Shown one piece after another: positions 1 to 8,505 of a stretch of DNA of 17,050 nt. The position numbers were made by a program, and so were the translations under genes. Every line of letters begins with the position of its first letter. Within the stretch, counting starts at the first letter, position 1. This DNA comes from an uncultured bacterium (GTDB taxonomy: Bacteria > Abyssobacteria > SURF-5), in the NCBI GenBank assembly GCA_964510165.1, contig CAZEBC010000078.1, positions 1 through 17,050 on the forward strand. Direction: 5' to 3'. The notes below the pieces were generated by a model. That model searched no databases, was not told where the DNA came from, and saw only the letters and a list, made by a program, of their open reading frames with translations.

Positions 1-12
1 CTGGGAAATCGC

Positions 13-41
13 TTGAACGCGGGCGGATGTTCTGCTATAAT
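13..41 (+). promoter_or_regulatory. sigma70-type promoter for ilvE
   Basis: TTGAAC (13-18), 17-nt spacer, extended -10 TGc-TATAAT (33-41); RBS AGGAG at 100-104 before the ATG at 111. Confidence 0.75.
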
Positions 42-110
42 TGTGCGCGGACACTTGCACGCTGTGTGTTGTTGCGGCCCATGTGAACTGGAGCGGCGCA
101 GGAGAAACGT

Positions 111-1031
111 ATGGAATATGGCAAATACGCCTATTTTGAGGGCAAGTTTGTGCCCATCGAGGAAGCCAAGATAAACATAATGACGCACGCGTTCAATTAC
201 GGGACGGGCGTATTCGAGGGGATCAGGGGATATTGGAACTCCGATGAGGAGCAGCTTTACATATTCAAGCTGAGGCAGCATTATGTGCGGATGTTTAGGA
301 ATTTCAATTTATTTCAGATAGACCTTCCGATAACCCTCGATGACGCATGCCGGATAACGATAGAGCTTGCCCGCAAGAACGAATATCGGCAGGATATGTA
401 CATCCGTCCTATCGGCTACAAGAGTTCATACGAGATCGGCCCGCGCATGCACAACCTGAAGAACGAGTTTGCCGTGTTCAACATACGGCTGGGGGATTAT
501 GTGAACACGACGGACGGGCTGAACGTGATGGTCTCGAGCTGGCGGCGGGTTCCCGACGCCTGTATCCCCGCCCGGAGCAAGGCGACCGGCATCTACATAA
601 ACTCGGCGCTGGCTGCGACGGAGGCGAAGACAAGCGGATTCGATGAGGCCATCATGCTCACCTATGACGGCTACGTTTCCGAGGGAAGCGCGATGAACCT
701 GTTCATGGTTCGCGACGGCGACCTGATAACCTCTCCGGTTACTGCAAGCATTCTTGAGGGTGTGACGAGGCAGACCATAATCGAGATAGCGCGCGAGCAG
801 ATGAGTATCGAGGCGACTATCCGCCCGATAGACCGAACGGAATTATACGCGGCGGATGAATTGTTTTTCTGCGGGACCGGCGCGCAGGTGGCGCCGGTGG
901 TATCGGTTGATCGCAGGCAGGTCGGCAACGGCCGTCCTGGGGAACTCACGTTGAAGCTGCAAGCGCTCTATTTCGACGTGGTCCAAAACAGGCTTTCCGA
1001 GTATTCGCACTGGCTGACTCCGGTTTACTAG
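111..1031 (+). CDS. ilvE: branched-chain amino acid aminotransferase (PLP fold type IV)
   Basis: Motifs YGTGVFEGIR, YIRP, PLP lysine in SKATGIY, EGSAMNLF, ILEGVTR, ADELFFCGTGAQVAPV; RBS present. Confidence 0.95.
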   Translation: MEYGKYAYFEGKFVPIEEAKINIMTHAFNYGTGVFEGIRGYWNSDEEQLYIFKLRQHYVRMFRNFNLFQIDLPITLDDACRITIELARKNEYRQDMYIRPIGYKSSYEIGPRMHNLKNEFAVFNIRLGDYVNTTDGLNVMVSSWRRVPDACIPARSKATGIYINSALAATEAKTSGFDEAIMLTYDGYVSEGSAMNLFMVRDGDLITSPVTASILEGVTRQTIIEIAREQMSIEATIRPIDRTELYAADELFFCGTGAQVAPVVSVDRRQVGNGRPGELTLKLQALYFDVVQNRLSEYSHWLTPVY

Positions 1032-1043
1032 CGTAGGGGTCGG

Positions 1044-2123
1044 ATGATCGTAAAGTGCATTCGTTGTAACACGGAATTCAGCTCCAAGCACTCGCAAACG
1101 CACGTCTGTCCGAATTGTCACTTCGTATTCAGTGAGCATGATCAGTCCCGGCTCGAGATAGTGCGCTCTCACGACCTGGTGCGCCAGCACACCGGTCATC
1201 GCCTGACTGAAGAGGCCGAGCACAAGTGCTCATTCCATCCCGATGCCGACGCTATCCATTATTGTGGCCGATGCGGGCGGCCGCTCTGTTATGCGTGTGC
1301 GATCGAGTGCGAGGACGGCCACCTGTGCGAGGCGTGCGAGGCGGCCAAAGCGCGGCCGGAACCAATAGAGAAACCGGTCGAGCCGCCGCTTCCGAAGGCG
1401 CAAGCCTTCGCCGAGCCGCGGGACAATACCATATCGCAGGCGATGATCCGCGGACCGTATGTGCCGTGGGAATATCGCCGATATATCGGGCGCCTCAACG
1501 CATTGTTCGCCACGTGGCAGCAGACGCTGTTTAGTCCGCTGAGCTTTTTCCGCGGAGTCCCGATCACGGGAGACTATCGAAGCCCTCTCTCATACGGCCT
1601 GTTCTGGACGCTGGTGGGCCTGGCGGGCGGAGTCGTATGGAAGCTCTTTCTGGCGGTGTATCCGACGGCCCTCGTCTTCCTTCAGGGCAAGCCTGTGCAG
1701 CTTTCGTTTCAGCTATCCCACGCATATACGCTGGCGATTGTCTTGGCGCTTCTGTCGCCGCTCATCGCGTTGGCCATGCTCGTTATCGCGTGCAGCATTT
1801 ATCATTTCTTTGTGATTCTGTTCGCGAGCCGACACGCGGGCTATGAAGCCACGCTGCGGGTGGTCTGCTACAGCACCAGCACTAACGTATTCTATTTCCT
1901 TCCGCTGGTGGGAGGGCTGCTTGGAGGGATATGGCAACTGGTGCTGGTGACGGCTGGCTTGAAAGAGGTTCACCGCATTTCTTTCCCGTTGGCCGTCATG
2001 ATCGCGCTCGTTCCGTACACGTTTCTCCTGGCGCTGGGCTCTTTGTTCATGCTGTGGGCGGTTACGGGCGACAATACGGATATTTCAACCCTGCTCGAGA
2101 ACCTCAGGCCGCTTCTTGAGTGA
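1044..2123 (+). CDS. membrane protein with N-terminal Zn ribbon, B-box-like Zn finger and C-terminal YIP1-like multi-TM domain
   Basis: CIRC..CPNC; CSFHP..CGRCGRPLC..C..LCEAC; Pro-rich linker; PWE..LFSPLSFF followed by about 5 hydrophobic helices with GYEATLRVVCYS, as in bacterial YIP1-family proteins. Confidence 0.75.
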   Translation: MIVKCIRCNTEFSSKHSQTHVCPNCHFVFSEHDQSRLEIVRSHDLVRQHTGHRLTEEAEHKCSFHPDADAIHYCGRCGRPLCYACAIECEDGHLCEACEAAKARPEPIEKPVEPPLPKAQAFAEPRDNTISQAMIRGPYVPWEYRRYIGRLNALFATWQQTLFSPLSFFRGVPITGDYRSPLSYGLFWTLVGLAGGVVWKLFLAVYPTALVFLQGKPVQLSFQLSHAYTLAIVLALLSPLIALAMLVIACSIYHFFVILFASRHAGYEATLRVVCYSTSTNVFYFLPLVGGLLGGIWQLVLVTAGLKEVHRISFPLAVMIALVPYTFLLALGSLFMLWAVTGDNTDISTLLENLRPLLE

Positions 2124-2128
2124 GCCGA

Positions 2129-2326
2129 TCACGCCTGCTTGTGAAGCTGGAGGAATTTTCGGAGCGAGCGGTCGTAGGTGCGCTCAACGCTATCGGGGAA
2201 GAAGCAGGCTGGCAGTTCGTTATTTGACCGGTGATATGAGAGGCACTCGCAGCAGATTCCCTTCCGGCTGCAAGGTTCGTAGCTGCAATTGCATTTCCTG
2301 AGGTTTCGCTCCTGGTTGCATTCCAT
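2129..2326 (-). CDS. small Cys-rich protein, DUF6485-like
   Basis: [21 protein letters not shown]...ELPACFF...ERTYDRS pattern recognised from memory; strong RBS AAGGAG upstream; follows the PHP gene. Confidence 0.8.
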   Translation of the reverse strand: MECNQERNLRKCNCSYEPCSRKGICCECLSYHRSNNELPACFFPDSVERTYDRSLRKFLQLHKQA

Positions 2327-2347
2327 TCTGGTTTTCTCCTTTCCGAA

Positions 2348-3421
2348 TCAAAGGGGGCCAGGCTTCTTTGCTTCCGCCCCAACATAGATCGGGTTTGAGT
2401 AAATCCAGGCGCGGGTCTTGCCGAATGCGCGCGGCAGGCGCACCTCGACTCGATACGCGCCCGGGTCGACGACTTTCAACGACGATTCCGCGCCCATCTC
2501 GCTCTTCACAACTCGGCCCTTGTGCACGAACCTGATGAGTCCCCTGCTCGGGGCGCTCGCCTCGAGGACGGGCGAATCTTCCAGGGGAACTTCCTCGCCC
2601 ATCAGCGCCGCGCCTGCGCGGGTGCGCGCCTCGAAGCGGAAACCGCGCGGGTCCGCAAACAGTCCACACGCCACAAAGCAGCGCCCCTCGGCAAGTGCGC
2701 CGTAAATGGCGCGTTTGGCCCCGCAGAAATCGGCGGGCAATTTCTCCCGCAACAGCACATGCGTGTTGACCGCCCGAAAGGCGTATTCGTACTCGAACAC
2801 TTTTCTCCGAAGCAGGATGAGGTTCACCTTGAAGCCGTGATTGTCCGAGCCGCCGATGGCGACAACTCTCCTCCTCTGCAGAAGCTCGTCCCATTTCGCG
2901 ATGGTTTCATCGAGAGGGTCAAGCCGGGCCGCGCGGATATTGAAGTAATAGTACAGGGCCGACAGATAGCCGCGCGCGTTGCCCTTCCAGACGGACGAGA
3001 AATTCCATATGCTCATGCCCGTGTACCCGGTGGCGTCCCAGCGGTTCCAGATGAAGGCGTGGCCCTTGTCGTGAAGCGGGGTTCCCAGTTCATACGGGTG
3101 TGCGATGAAGCCCATCCCGCCCTGGCGGTTGGCGGCGTCTATGACAGTCTGCGGATTGTCGGTGTCGGATGCGATTTCCTCGTGGACATTGTAGGCGAGA
3201 TAATGATTGTAGAGATGGTTCAACTCCGTCCCGATGAGCACCACAACTCCGTGATGCCGGCCTTCCTTGCCGTCCTTCAGCCCCTTGAGATTGAAATGAT
3301 CGTTGACGCCCACGAATGCAAGGCCGGCCCGGCGCGCGGCCGCCGCGATCTCCTCGATCGTGGACGTGCCGTCGGAGTACGTCGAGTGCACATGCAGATT
3401 GCCCGCGTATTCGTAATACAT
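2348..3421 (-). CDS. PHP-domain metal-dependent hydrolase (CehA/McbA-like)
   Basis: GNLHVHSTYSDG, NDH, GTE, AHP and GGSDNH metal-binding motifs; C-terminal beta domain ending YRVEV..AWIYSNPIYV. Confidence 0.85.
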   Translation of the reverse strand: MYYEYAGNLHVHSTYSDGTSTIEEIAAAARRAGLAFVGVNDHFNLKGLKDGKEGRHHGVVVLIGTELNHLYNHYLAYNVHEEIASDTDNPQTVIDAANRQGGMGFIAHPYELGTPLHDKGHAFIWNRWDATGYTGMSIWNFSSVWKGNARGYLSALYYYFNIRAARLDPLDETIAKWDELLQRRRVVAIGGSDNHGFKVNLILLRRKVFEYEYAFRAVNTHVLLREKLPADFCGAKRAIYGALAEGRCFVACGLFADPRGFRFEARTRAGAALMGEEVPLEDSPVLEASAPSRGLIRFVHKGRVVKSEMGAESSLKVVDPGAYRVEVRLPRAFGKTRAWIYSNPIYVGAEAKKPGPL

Positions 3422-3429
3422 GAAAACCT

Positions 3430-4854
3430 TTATGTCATCACGGTCGCCCGCGCCATCTTCACGTGCCAGACGAAATCCGACACGCTCCTGATCGAGCGGA
3501 ACCTCCCCAGGATGTAGCCGGGCCTGAGGTAGAACCGTGAGTACGCCGACCTCAGCGTCGCCACGAGATAGTCGCGCGTGACGTCATCATGCTCGAACAT
3601 AGGGATCGGCTCGCTCAGGCGTCCCTCGCTCTTCACATATTCCTTCCAATAATCGAACCTCAGCAGCCCGCTCTCGACGGCGCGGTCGTACAGGTCCGTC
3701 CCGGGATAGGGAACCACAATCGAATAATAGGCGAAATCGGGCTTGAGCCTGAGCGACAGCGCAAGCGTCTTCTCAATCGCCTCTCGCGATTCGCCGGGCG
3801 CGCCGAGCATGAAGTAAGCGAGAATCCGAATCCCCGCCTCGCGCGTCCATTCAAACGCCTCTTCCACGCGTTCTACGGTTATCTTCTTGTTGAACAAGTC
3901 CAGCACGTCGCGCGAGGCCGACTCGACTCCGTACGAAATCCTGGAGCATCCGGCGCGCGCCATCAACTTGAGCAGACCGGGGTCCACACAATCCACGCGT
4001 GTCCTGCAGTCCCAGCGGAACTTCAGTCCGCTCGACAGTATCTTCTCGCAGATGTCGGCGGCGCGGTTCTTGTTCGCCGTGAATGTGTCGTCGTATATTA
4101 CGACTTCGCTGCACCCGAAGCGCCGGACAAGCTCCTGCATCTCGGCCACCACGCTGTCGGCGCTTCGCGGACGATAATGCCCGCCCCGGATGTATCGCTC
4201 GCAGAACGCGCACCGATAAGGGCAGCCGCGCGCGGTCATGATGGAGGAAACGGTGCGCGCCTCGGTCGTCATGTCGAAATACCTGTCTTTCGGGAGAAGT
4301 TCGCGGGCGGGAAATGGAATGTCGTCAATCGGCATGCACTCAGCCCGGCCAAAACGCTTCACCTCCCCGCCCTCACGCACCAGAACGCCACCGATCCCAT
4401 CAACGGACCCGCCGCCCTCGATGGCCTCGATGAGCTTCGGCATCGCGATCTCGGCCTCGCCCTCGATGCCGTAGTCAAACGCCGTGTTCTCCATGGTCAG
4501 CTCGGGCATGATGGTGACCTGTGGGCCGCCTGCGATTATCTTCGGGGCAGGCCTGAGGCTCTTGAGCGCTCGGCATATCCCGACAACGACCGGGAACAAC
4601 GGAGTAACGCAGGTGATGCCGACGACGGACGGCGAAAGCGCGGCGAGCCTTTGCACGACCTCAGACGGCGTGATGCGAAGCGCGTTGGCATCCAGTATCG
4701 TGACCTCGTGCTTGCTCTGGAGAAGCGCCGCGATGTACGCAAGTCCAAGCGGCGGCAGCACCCGCAACTGCTTCACGAAACTGCGCGCGCCGAAGCCCGC
4801 GCCGTCCTGCTCGCCCGCGATCATCTCGGGCGGATTCACGAGGGCTATCCTCAT
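3430..4854 (-). CDS. cobalamin-binding radical SAM protein
   Basis: N-terminal PPLGLAYIAA..GGPQ..GEAE B12-binding domain; RGCPYRCAFC (CxxxCxxC); DDTF, GVES, FMLGAPGE, PYPGT. Confidence 0.92.
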   Translation of the reverse strand: MRIALVNPPEMIAGEQDGAGFGARSFVKQLRVLPPLGLAYIAALLQSKHEVTILDANALRITPSEVVQRLAALSPSVVGITCVTPLFPVVVGICRALKSLRPAPKIIAGGPQVTIMPELTMENTAFDYGIEGEAEIAMPKLIEAIEGGGSVDGIGGVLVREGGEVKRFGRAECMPIDDIPFPARELLPKDRYFDMTTEARTVSSIMTARGCPYRCAFCERYIRGGHYRPRSADSVVAEMQELVRRFGCSEVVIYDDTFTANKNRAADICEKILSSGLKFRWDCRTRVDCVDPGLLKLMARAGCSRISYGVESASRDVLDLFNKKITVERVEEAFEWTREAGIRILAYFMLGAPGESREAIEKTLALSLRLKPDFAYYSIVVPYPGTDLYDRAVESGLLRFDYWKEYVKSEGRLSEPIPMFEHDDVTRDYLVATLRSAYSRFYLRPGYILGRFRSIRSVSDFVWHVKMARATVMT

Positions 4855-5651
4855 GCGCCGCCTCCAGAGTCCTGGCGGGCCCGAACGGGCAGGACGAACG
4901 GCCGCCCGCTGAGCGGGTCGTTTTGCACGAGCACGTCCGCGCCGTACACATCGCGGACGGTTTCGGCGGTGATGGCCTGCTGGGGCGCGCCGTCGAACTT
5001 GAGCTTGCCCTCCTTGAAGACGAGCACACGCTGGCAGTAATGAGAAGCCAGATTCAGATCGTGCGAGACCGCGATCATTGTTATCCCGCGCTCGCGATTG
5101 AGCCTGACAAGGATATCGTAGATGTCCACCTGATGCTTGATGTCGAGGAAGGCCGTCGGCTCATCCAGCAGCAACACGCTCGGCCGCTGCGCAAGCGCGC
5201 GCGCGATGAACGCCGCCTGCTTCTCGCCTCCGCTCAAGCGTTGAATCGGACGGTCCGCGAGGTCGGCGACGCCGGTCATCCGCATCGCCTCGTCTGCGAT
5301 TTCAAAATCCTCGTCTCGTTCCAACATGGACGCGAGGTGCGGTGACCTCCCCATCAGCACAATCTCCGACACGGTGAACGGAAATATGATGGTGGATTCC
5401 TGCGGGACAACGGCGACTTTGCGCGCAAGTTCGCGCGCGGACAAGGCGCCGACATCTACGCCGTCAATGAGTATCTCGCCCGCGGAAGGCCTGAGCACGC
5501 GCGTGAGAAGATTCAGGAATGTGGTCTTGCCCGAACCGTTGGGGCCGACCAGTCCGACAAACTCGCCCGAGCCGACCTTGACGGCCAACCCCTCAAACAA
5601 CGGTCTGCCCGCGTATCCGAAAACGATATTCCTTGCTTCGATGCTCGACAT
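4851..5651 (-). CDS. ABC transporter ATP-binding subunit, iron-siderophore/heme/cobalamin family (FecE/HmuV/BtuD-like)
   Basis: Walker A GPNGSGKT, Q-loop VVPQ, VLMGRSPH, signature LSGGEKQ, Walker B LLLDEPT, SHD; start moved to MSSIEARN at 5651 because the longer ORF overlaps xerD; 4-nt overlap with the radical SAM start. Confidence 0.9.
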   Translation of the reverse strand: MSSIEARNIVFGYAGRPLFEGLAVKVGSGEFVGLVGPNGSGKTTFLNLLTRVLRPSAGEILIDGVDVGALSARELARKVAVVPQESTIIFPFTVSEIVLMGRSPHLASMLERDEDFEIADEAMRMTGVADLADRPIQRLSGGEKQAAFIARALAQRPSVLLLDEPTAFLDIKHQVDIYDILVRLNRERGITMIAVSHDLNLASHYCQRVLVFKEGKLKFDGAPQQAITAETVRDVYGADVLVQNDPLSGRPFVLPVRARQDSGGGA

Positions 5652-5668
5652 CGGTCTGACAATTCTGG

Positions 5669-6604
5669 CTATCCGCGCGGATGACAGCGGAGATGGGTCT
5701 GCTTGAGCCGGTCGCTCGACACATGCGTGTAAATCTGAGTGGTCGCTATGTCGGCATGGCCCAGCATCTCTTGTATAGACCTCAAGTTTGCGCCACCTGA
5801 AAGAAGATGGGTGGCGAACGAATGTCTCAGCGTGTGCGGCGTGACCCGTTTCCTTATGTTCGCGGACCGTATGTGCCCGCGTATCATCTTCCAACAACCT
5901 TGTCGCGAGAACGGCCGCCCGAGCCGCGTAAGAAACAAGGCGTCGTCAGCGCTCTCGCGCCGCGCCCCAAGATATTCCTGCAACTTGCCCTTTGCCACGT
6001 CCCCGATCGGGATCAGCCGCTCCCGGTCGCCCTTGCCCCGGCATTTGATGAAGCCGATATCGAGCAGCATGTCCTGGCGCTTCAGCCCTATCAACTCGGA
6101 TATCCGGAGGCCGGCCGAATACATCAGCTCCAACATCGCCCTGTCCCGTATTCCCTGCGGAGACCTCGCGTCCGGCTGCGCCAGCAGTTTTTCCACCTCG
6201 AAGGTGTTCATGGCCTCGGGCAGTTTCTTGAACACTCTGAACCGCTCCATGTTGGATGTGCAATCAGTCTTCAGATGGCCTTCGCGGCGCAGAAACCGAT
6301 GGAACTGCTTGACGGCGGCGAGGTGCCGCTCAAGCGAGCGCGTCGTCAGCCCTTTGCGCTTCAACCAGTGAAGATGCTCGATGACGTCGTTCCGCCGGAC
6401 CGCGGTGACGTCAATGAAAAGCTCGCGCTCAAGATAGTCGCGATAGCGCTCGAGGTCGTACCCGTAGCTGGCGATGGTGTTCTTCGGATACCCTTTTTCC
6501 ACCTTGAGCCAGTCAAGAAACTGCTGGATCAGCGAGCCAAGCTCCGAGCGAGAACACGCCCCTGCCGCCTGACCACTCGCCTCTTTCCGAATCGTTTCGC
6601 CCAC
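5669..6604 (-). CDS. xerD: site-specific tyrosine recombinase XerD
   Basis: FLDWLKVEKGYPKNTIASY..DL N-domain; catalytic AGLRISE, GKGDRERL, HTLRHSFATH, LGH, TTQIYTHV; start uncertain, GTG at 6604 chosen to avoid overlap with recR. Confidence 0.88.
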   Translation of the reverse strand: MGETIRKEASGQAAGACSRSELGSLIQQFLDWLKVEKGYPKNTIASYGYDLERYRDYLERELFIDVTAVRRNDVIEHLHWLKRKGLTTRSLERHLAAVKQFHRFLRREGHLKTDCTSNMERFRVFKKLPEAMNTFEVEKLLAQPDARSPQGIRDRAMLELMYSAGLRISELIGLKRQDMLLDIGFIKCRGKGDRERLIPIGDVAKGKLQEYLGARRESADDALFLTRLGRPFSRQGCWKMIRGHIRSANIRKRVTPHTLRHSFATHLLSGGANLRSIQEMLGHADIATTQIYTHVSSDRLKQTHLRCHPRG

Positions 6605-6631
6605 AATCCTGAACGCGCCGATACCGATTAT

Positions 6632-6659
6632 GAAAATACCCGGACATCGCGTGTCCGGG
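6632..6659 (-). terminator. probable intrinsic terminator after recR
   Basis: On the - strand CCCGGACA-cgcga-TGTCCGGG (8-bp stem) followed by TATTTTC. Confidence 0.6.
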
Positions 6660-6689
6660 CAATAACGAGCCAACCGATGGACTGTATGC

Positions 6690-7289
6690 TCACATCTCCC
6701 TTCGCCCCTCGAGGGCGTGCGCGAGCGTCGAGTCGTCGGCGAACTCAAGGTCGCTGCCGACCGGCACCCCTTGCGCGATCCGCGTCACCCTGACCCCGAG
6801 CGGCTTGAGCAGTTCGCGGATATACATGGCCGTCGCCTCGCCGCTGGTGTTCGGATTCGTCGCCACGATTACCTCGGCGACCGACTTGTCGCGAATGCGC
6901 GCGATCAATTCCTTCATCTTTATCTCGTCCGGACCGACGCCGTCGAGCGGAGAGATCGAGCCGTGAAGCACGTGATAAAGCCCCTTATACTTGCCGCCCT
7001 TCTCTATGGAGGCGGCGTCGCTTGGCTTCTCGACCACGCAGATAACCGATTTCTCGCGGCGGTCATCCGCGCACAGCCTGCACGGGTCAACTTCGGTTAT
7101 GTTGCAACAGACCGAGCACAGCCGCACCTTCTGCTTGGCGTCAATGATAGCCTGAGCGAGTTTCAGCGCATCGGCCTCGCCGACGTTGAGAATATGAAAT
7201 GCCAATCGCTGCGCGCTTTTCGGGCCGATCCCCGGCAGCCTTCGCAACTCCTCAACCAGCCTGGCTATCGCGCCGCCCTCAGCGTTCAT
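6690..7289 (-). CDS. recR: recombination mediator RecR
   Basis: [14 protein letters not shown] HhH, C4 Zn finger [48 protein letters not shown] before the ATG at 7289. Confidence 0.96.
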   Translation of the reverse strand: MNAEGGAIARLVEELRRLPGIGPKSAQRLAFHILNVGEADALKLAQAIIDAKQKVRLCSVCCNITEVDPCRLCADDRREKSVICVVEKPSDAASIEKGGKYKGLYHVLHGSISPLDGVGPDEIKMKELIARIRDKSVAEVIVATNPNTSGEATAMYIRELLKPLGVRVTRIAQGVPVGSDLEFADDSTLAHALEGRREM

Positions 7290-7806
7290 TCTTCTCCTTC
7301 TCTCCCTTGGCCCCCTCAGCAAGCGATTTAAGCTGCGGCAATAAAAGCTGTCTTCGGGTATCGCCCAGTCTGTCGATGAAGAGGACGCCGTTCAGATGGT
7401 CGAGCTCGTGTTGGATCGCGCGCGCCAGCAGGCCCTCGGCCTCGAGCGTCTTCTCCTCGCCGTCGCGGTCGATGTAGGAAACCTGCACCCGCTCCGCCCG
7501 CTTCACTTCGCCGAATATCTCGGGCAGGCTCAGACAGCCTTCTTCAACCTCGGCCAGGCCCTCCCTCTTGGTTATCCTCGGGTTTATCATGACATAGACG
7601 GGCATGTTGTCCTGGCGCAGGTCAAGCACCAGTATCCTTTTCGAGAGCCCGACCTGTGGACCCGCCAGCCCGATGCCGCTGTTCTCGCGCATGACACTGA
7701 ACATCTCTTCGGCGGTCTCTATCAACTTCCCATCGACATCCTTCACGAGTTCCGCCTGCTTGCGCAGGATCGGGTCGGGATATATGCGAAGCTGCAGTTT
7801 CAACAT
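7279..7806 (-). CDS. def: peptide deformylase
   Basis: Three signature motifs [19 protein letters not shown]. Confidence 0.96.
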   Translation of the reverse strand: MLKLQLRIYPDPILRKQAELVKDVDGKLIETAEEMFSVMRENSGIGLAGPQVGLSKRILVLDLRQDNMPVYVMINPRITKREGLAEVEEGCLSLPEIFGEVKRAERVQVSYIDRDGEEKTLEAEGLLARAIQHELDHLNGVLFIDRLGDTRRQLLLPQLKSLAEGAKGEKEKNER

Positions 7807-7839
7807 CGTTCTTCCGTGCGTAATCCTTTCTTACAGGAT

Positions 7840-7868
7840 ATCTTAGCATACGCATGGAGTGATTGCAA
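7840..7868 (-). promoter_or_regulatory. sigma70-type promoter for def-recR
   Basis: - strand TTGCAA (7863-7868), 17-nt spacer, TGc-TAAGAT (-10 at 7840-7845). Confidence 0.6.
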
Positions 7869-7904
7869 CCGAATCGAAGGCGGCCTGGTCAAACCGGAAC
7901 TCAT

Positions 7905-7933
7905 TTGACCACAGGTCAGGAGCGTGGTAAAAT
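7905..7933 (+). promoter_or_regulatory. sigma70-type promoter for the lipoprotein gene
   Basis: TTGACC (7905-7910), 17-nt spacer, TGg-TAAAAT (7928-7933). Confidence 0.65.
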
Positions 7934-7979
7934 ACGCGCGATTTATCAGGCGCAGAATAGCGAAAGATGGAGGCGATTG

Positions 7980-8399
7980 ATGTCAAAACGCGGAATCCTT
8001 TTGTTGGCGGCGCTGCTTGTCGCGTCACAGGTTGTCACAGGCTGCGCGTCACTCGAAGAGGATGAGGTCGAGCTGCCCAACCGAAGAGTCCGGATCGTCA
8101 CCTTTCCCGTGCTCCCCCTCGAATTTCACGACGAAACCTGTATGCAGGAGTACGAACAGTTCACTCTCTCCGGCTCGCTCAAAAATGTCTCGTACGCGCC
8201 CCTCTCCAGCATCGAGGTGCTGGCCCGCCTGTCATTCCCCGATGACGCAATGAGTCTGGAATATGTCTTGCACGTTGACCCTCCCGTGCTCCAGCCCGGT
8301 GAGAGCGGCAGCTTCTACGTCACCGATGAGGTCGAGTTGCCTATCAGCAACGTTGAACTGCATGTCAGATGGGAAACATATCTCCCTCCCGGCTTCTAA
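7980..8399 (+). CDS. lipoprotein with FxLYD-like Ig-fold domain
   Basis: RBS GGAGG; signal MSKRGILLLAALLVASQVVTG/C with lipobox; SGSLKN..PLSSIEV....DPPVLQPGESGSF pattern. Confidence 0.75.
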   Translation: MSKRGILLLAALLVASQVVTGCASLEEDEVELPNRRVRIVTFPVLPLEFHDETCMQEYEQFTLSGSLKNVSYAPLSSIEVLARLSFPDDAMSLEYVLHVDPPVLQPGESGSFYVTDEVELPISNVELHVRWETYLPPGF

Positions 8400-8432
8400 G
8401 CCATCCCTCCCCCAAGCCCCCAACCCTAAACC

Positions 8433-8462
8433 TTTACAAACCGGCCGCCTCTATGGTAATAT
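8433..8462 (+). promoter_or_regulatory. probable promoter for the patatin gene
   Basis: TTTACA (8433-8438), 18-nt spacer, TGg-TAATAT (8457-8462). Confidence 0.5.
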
Positions 8463-8505
8463 AAAAATACCCTCAGGTTGTCCCACTGGCGGTCCAGGAG
8501 AAGGT

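Noticed and set aside
42-110. T-box or leader-peptide attenuator upstream of ilvE
   Set aside because: Leader is only about 65 nt with no T-box motif, terminator or Leu/Ile/Val-rich ATG-initiated peptide
3589-5040. 483-aa + strand ORF and other long antisense ORFs (2522-3517, 5807-6793, 9145-10194, 10548-11312, 12277-12906, 14795-15427)
   Set aside because: They shadow well-supported genes on the opposite strand, have no recognisable motifs, and are expected in GC-rich DNA
5652-5897. N-terminal extension of the ABC ATPase ORF
   Set aside because: Overlaps the xerD catalytic region in another frame; the family-typical start is at 5651
5669-6604. Tyrosine recombinase as the integrase of a mobile element
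   Set aside because: Sequence is typical chromosomal XerD in a housekeeping context; no att repeats, tRNA or phage genes are visible
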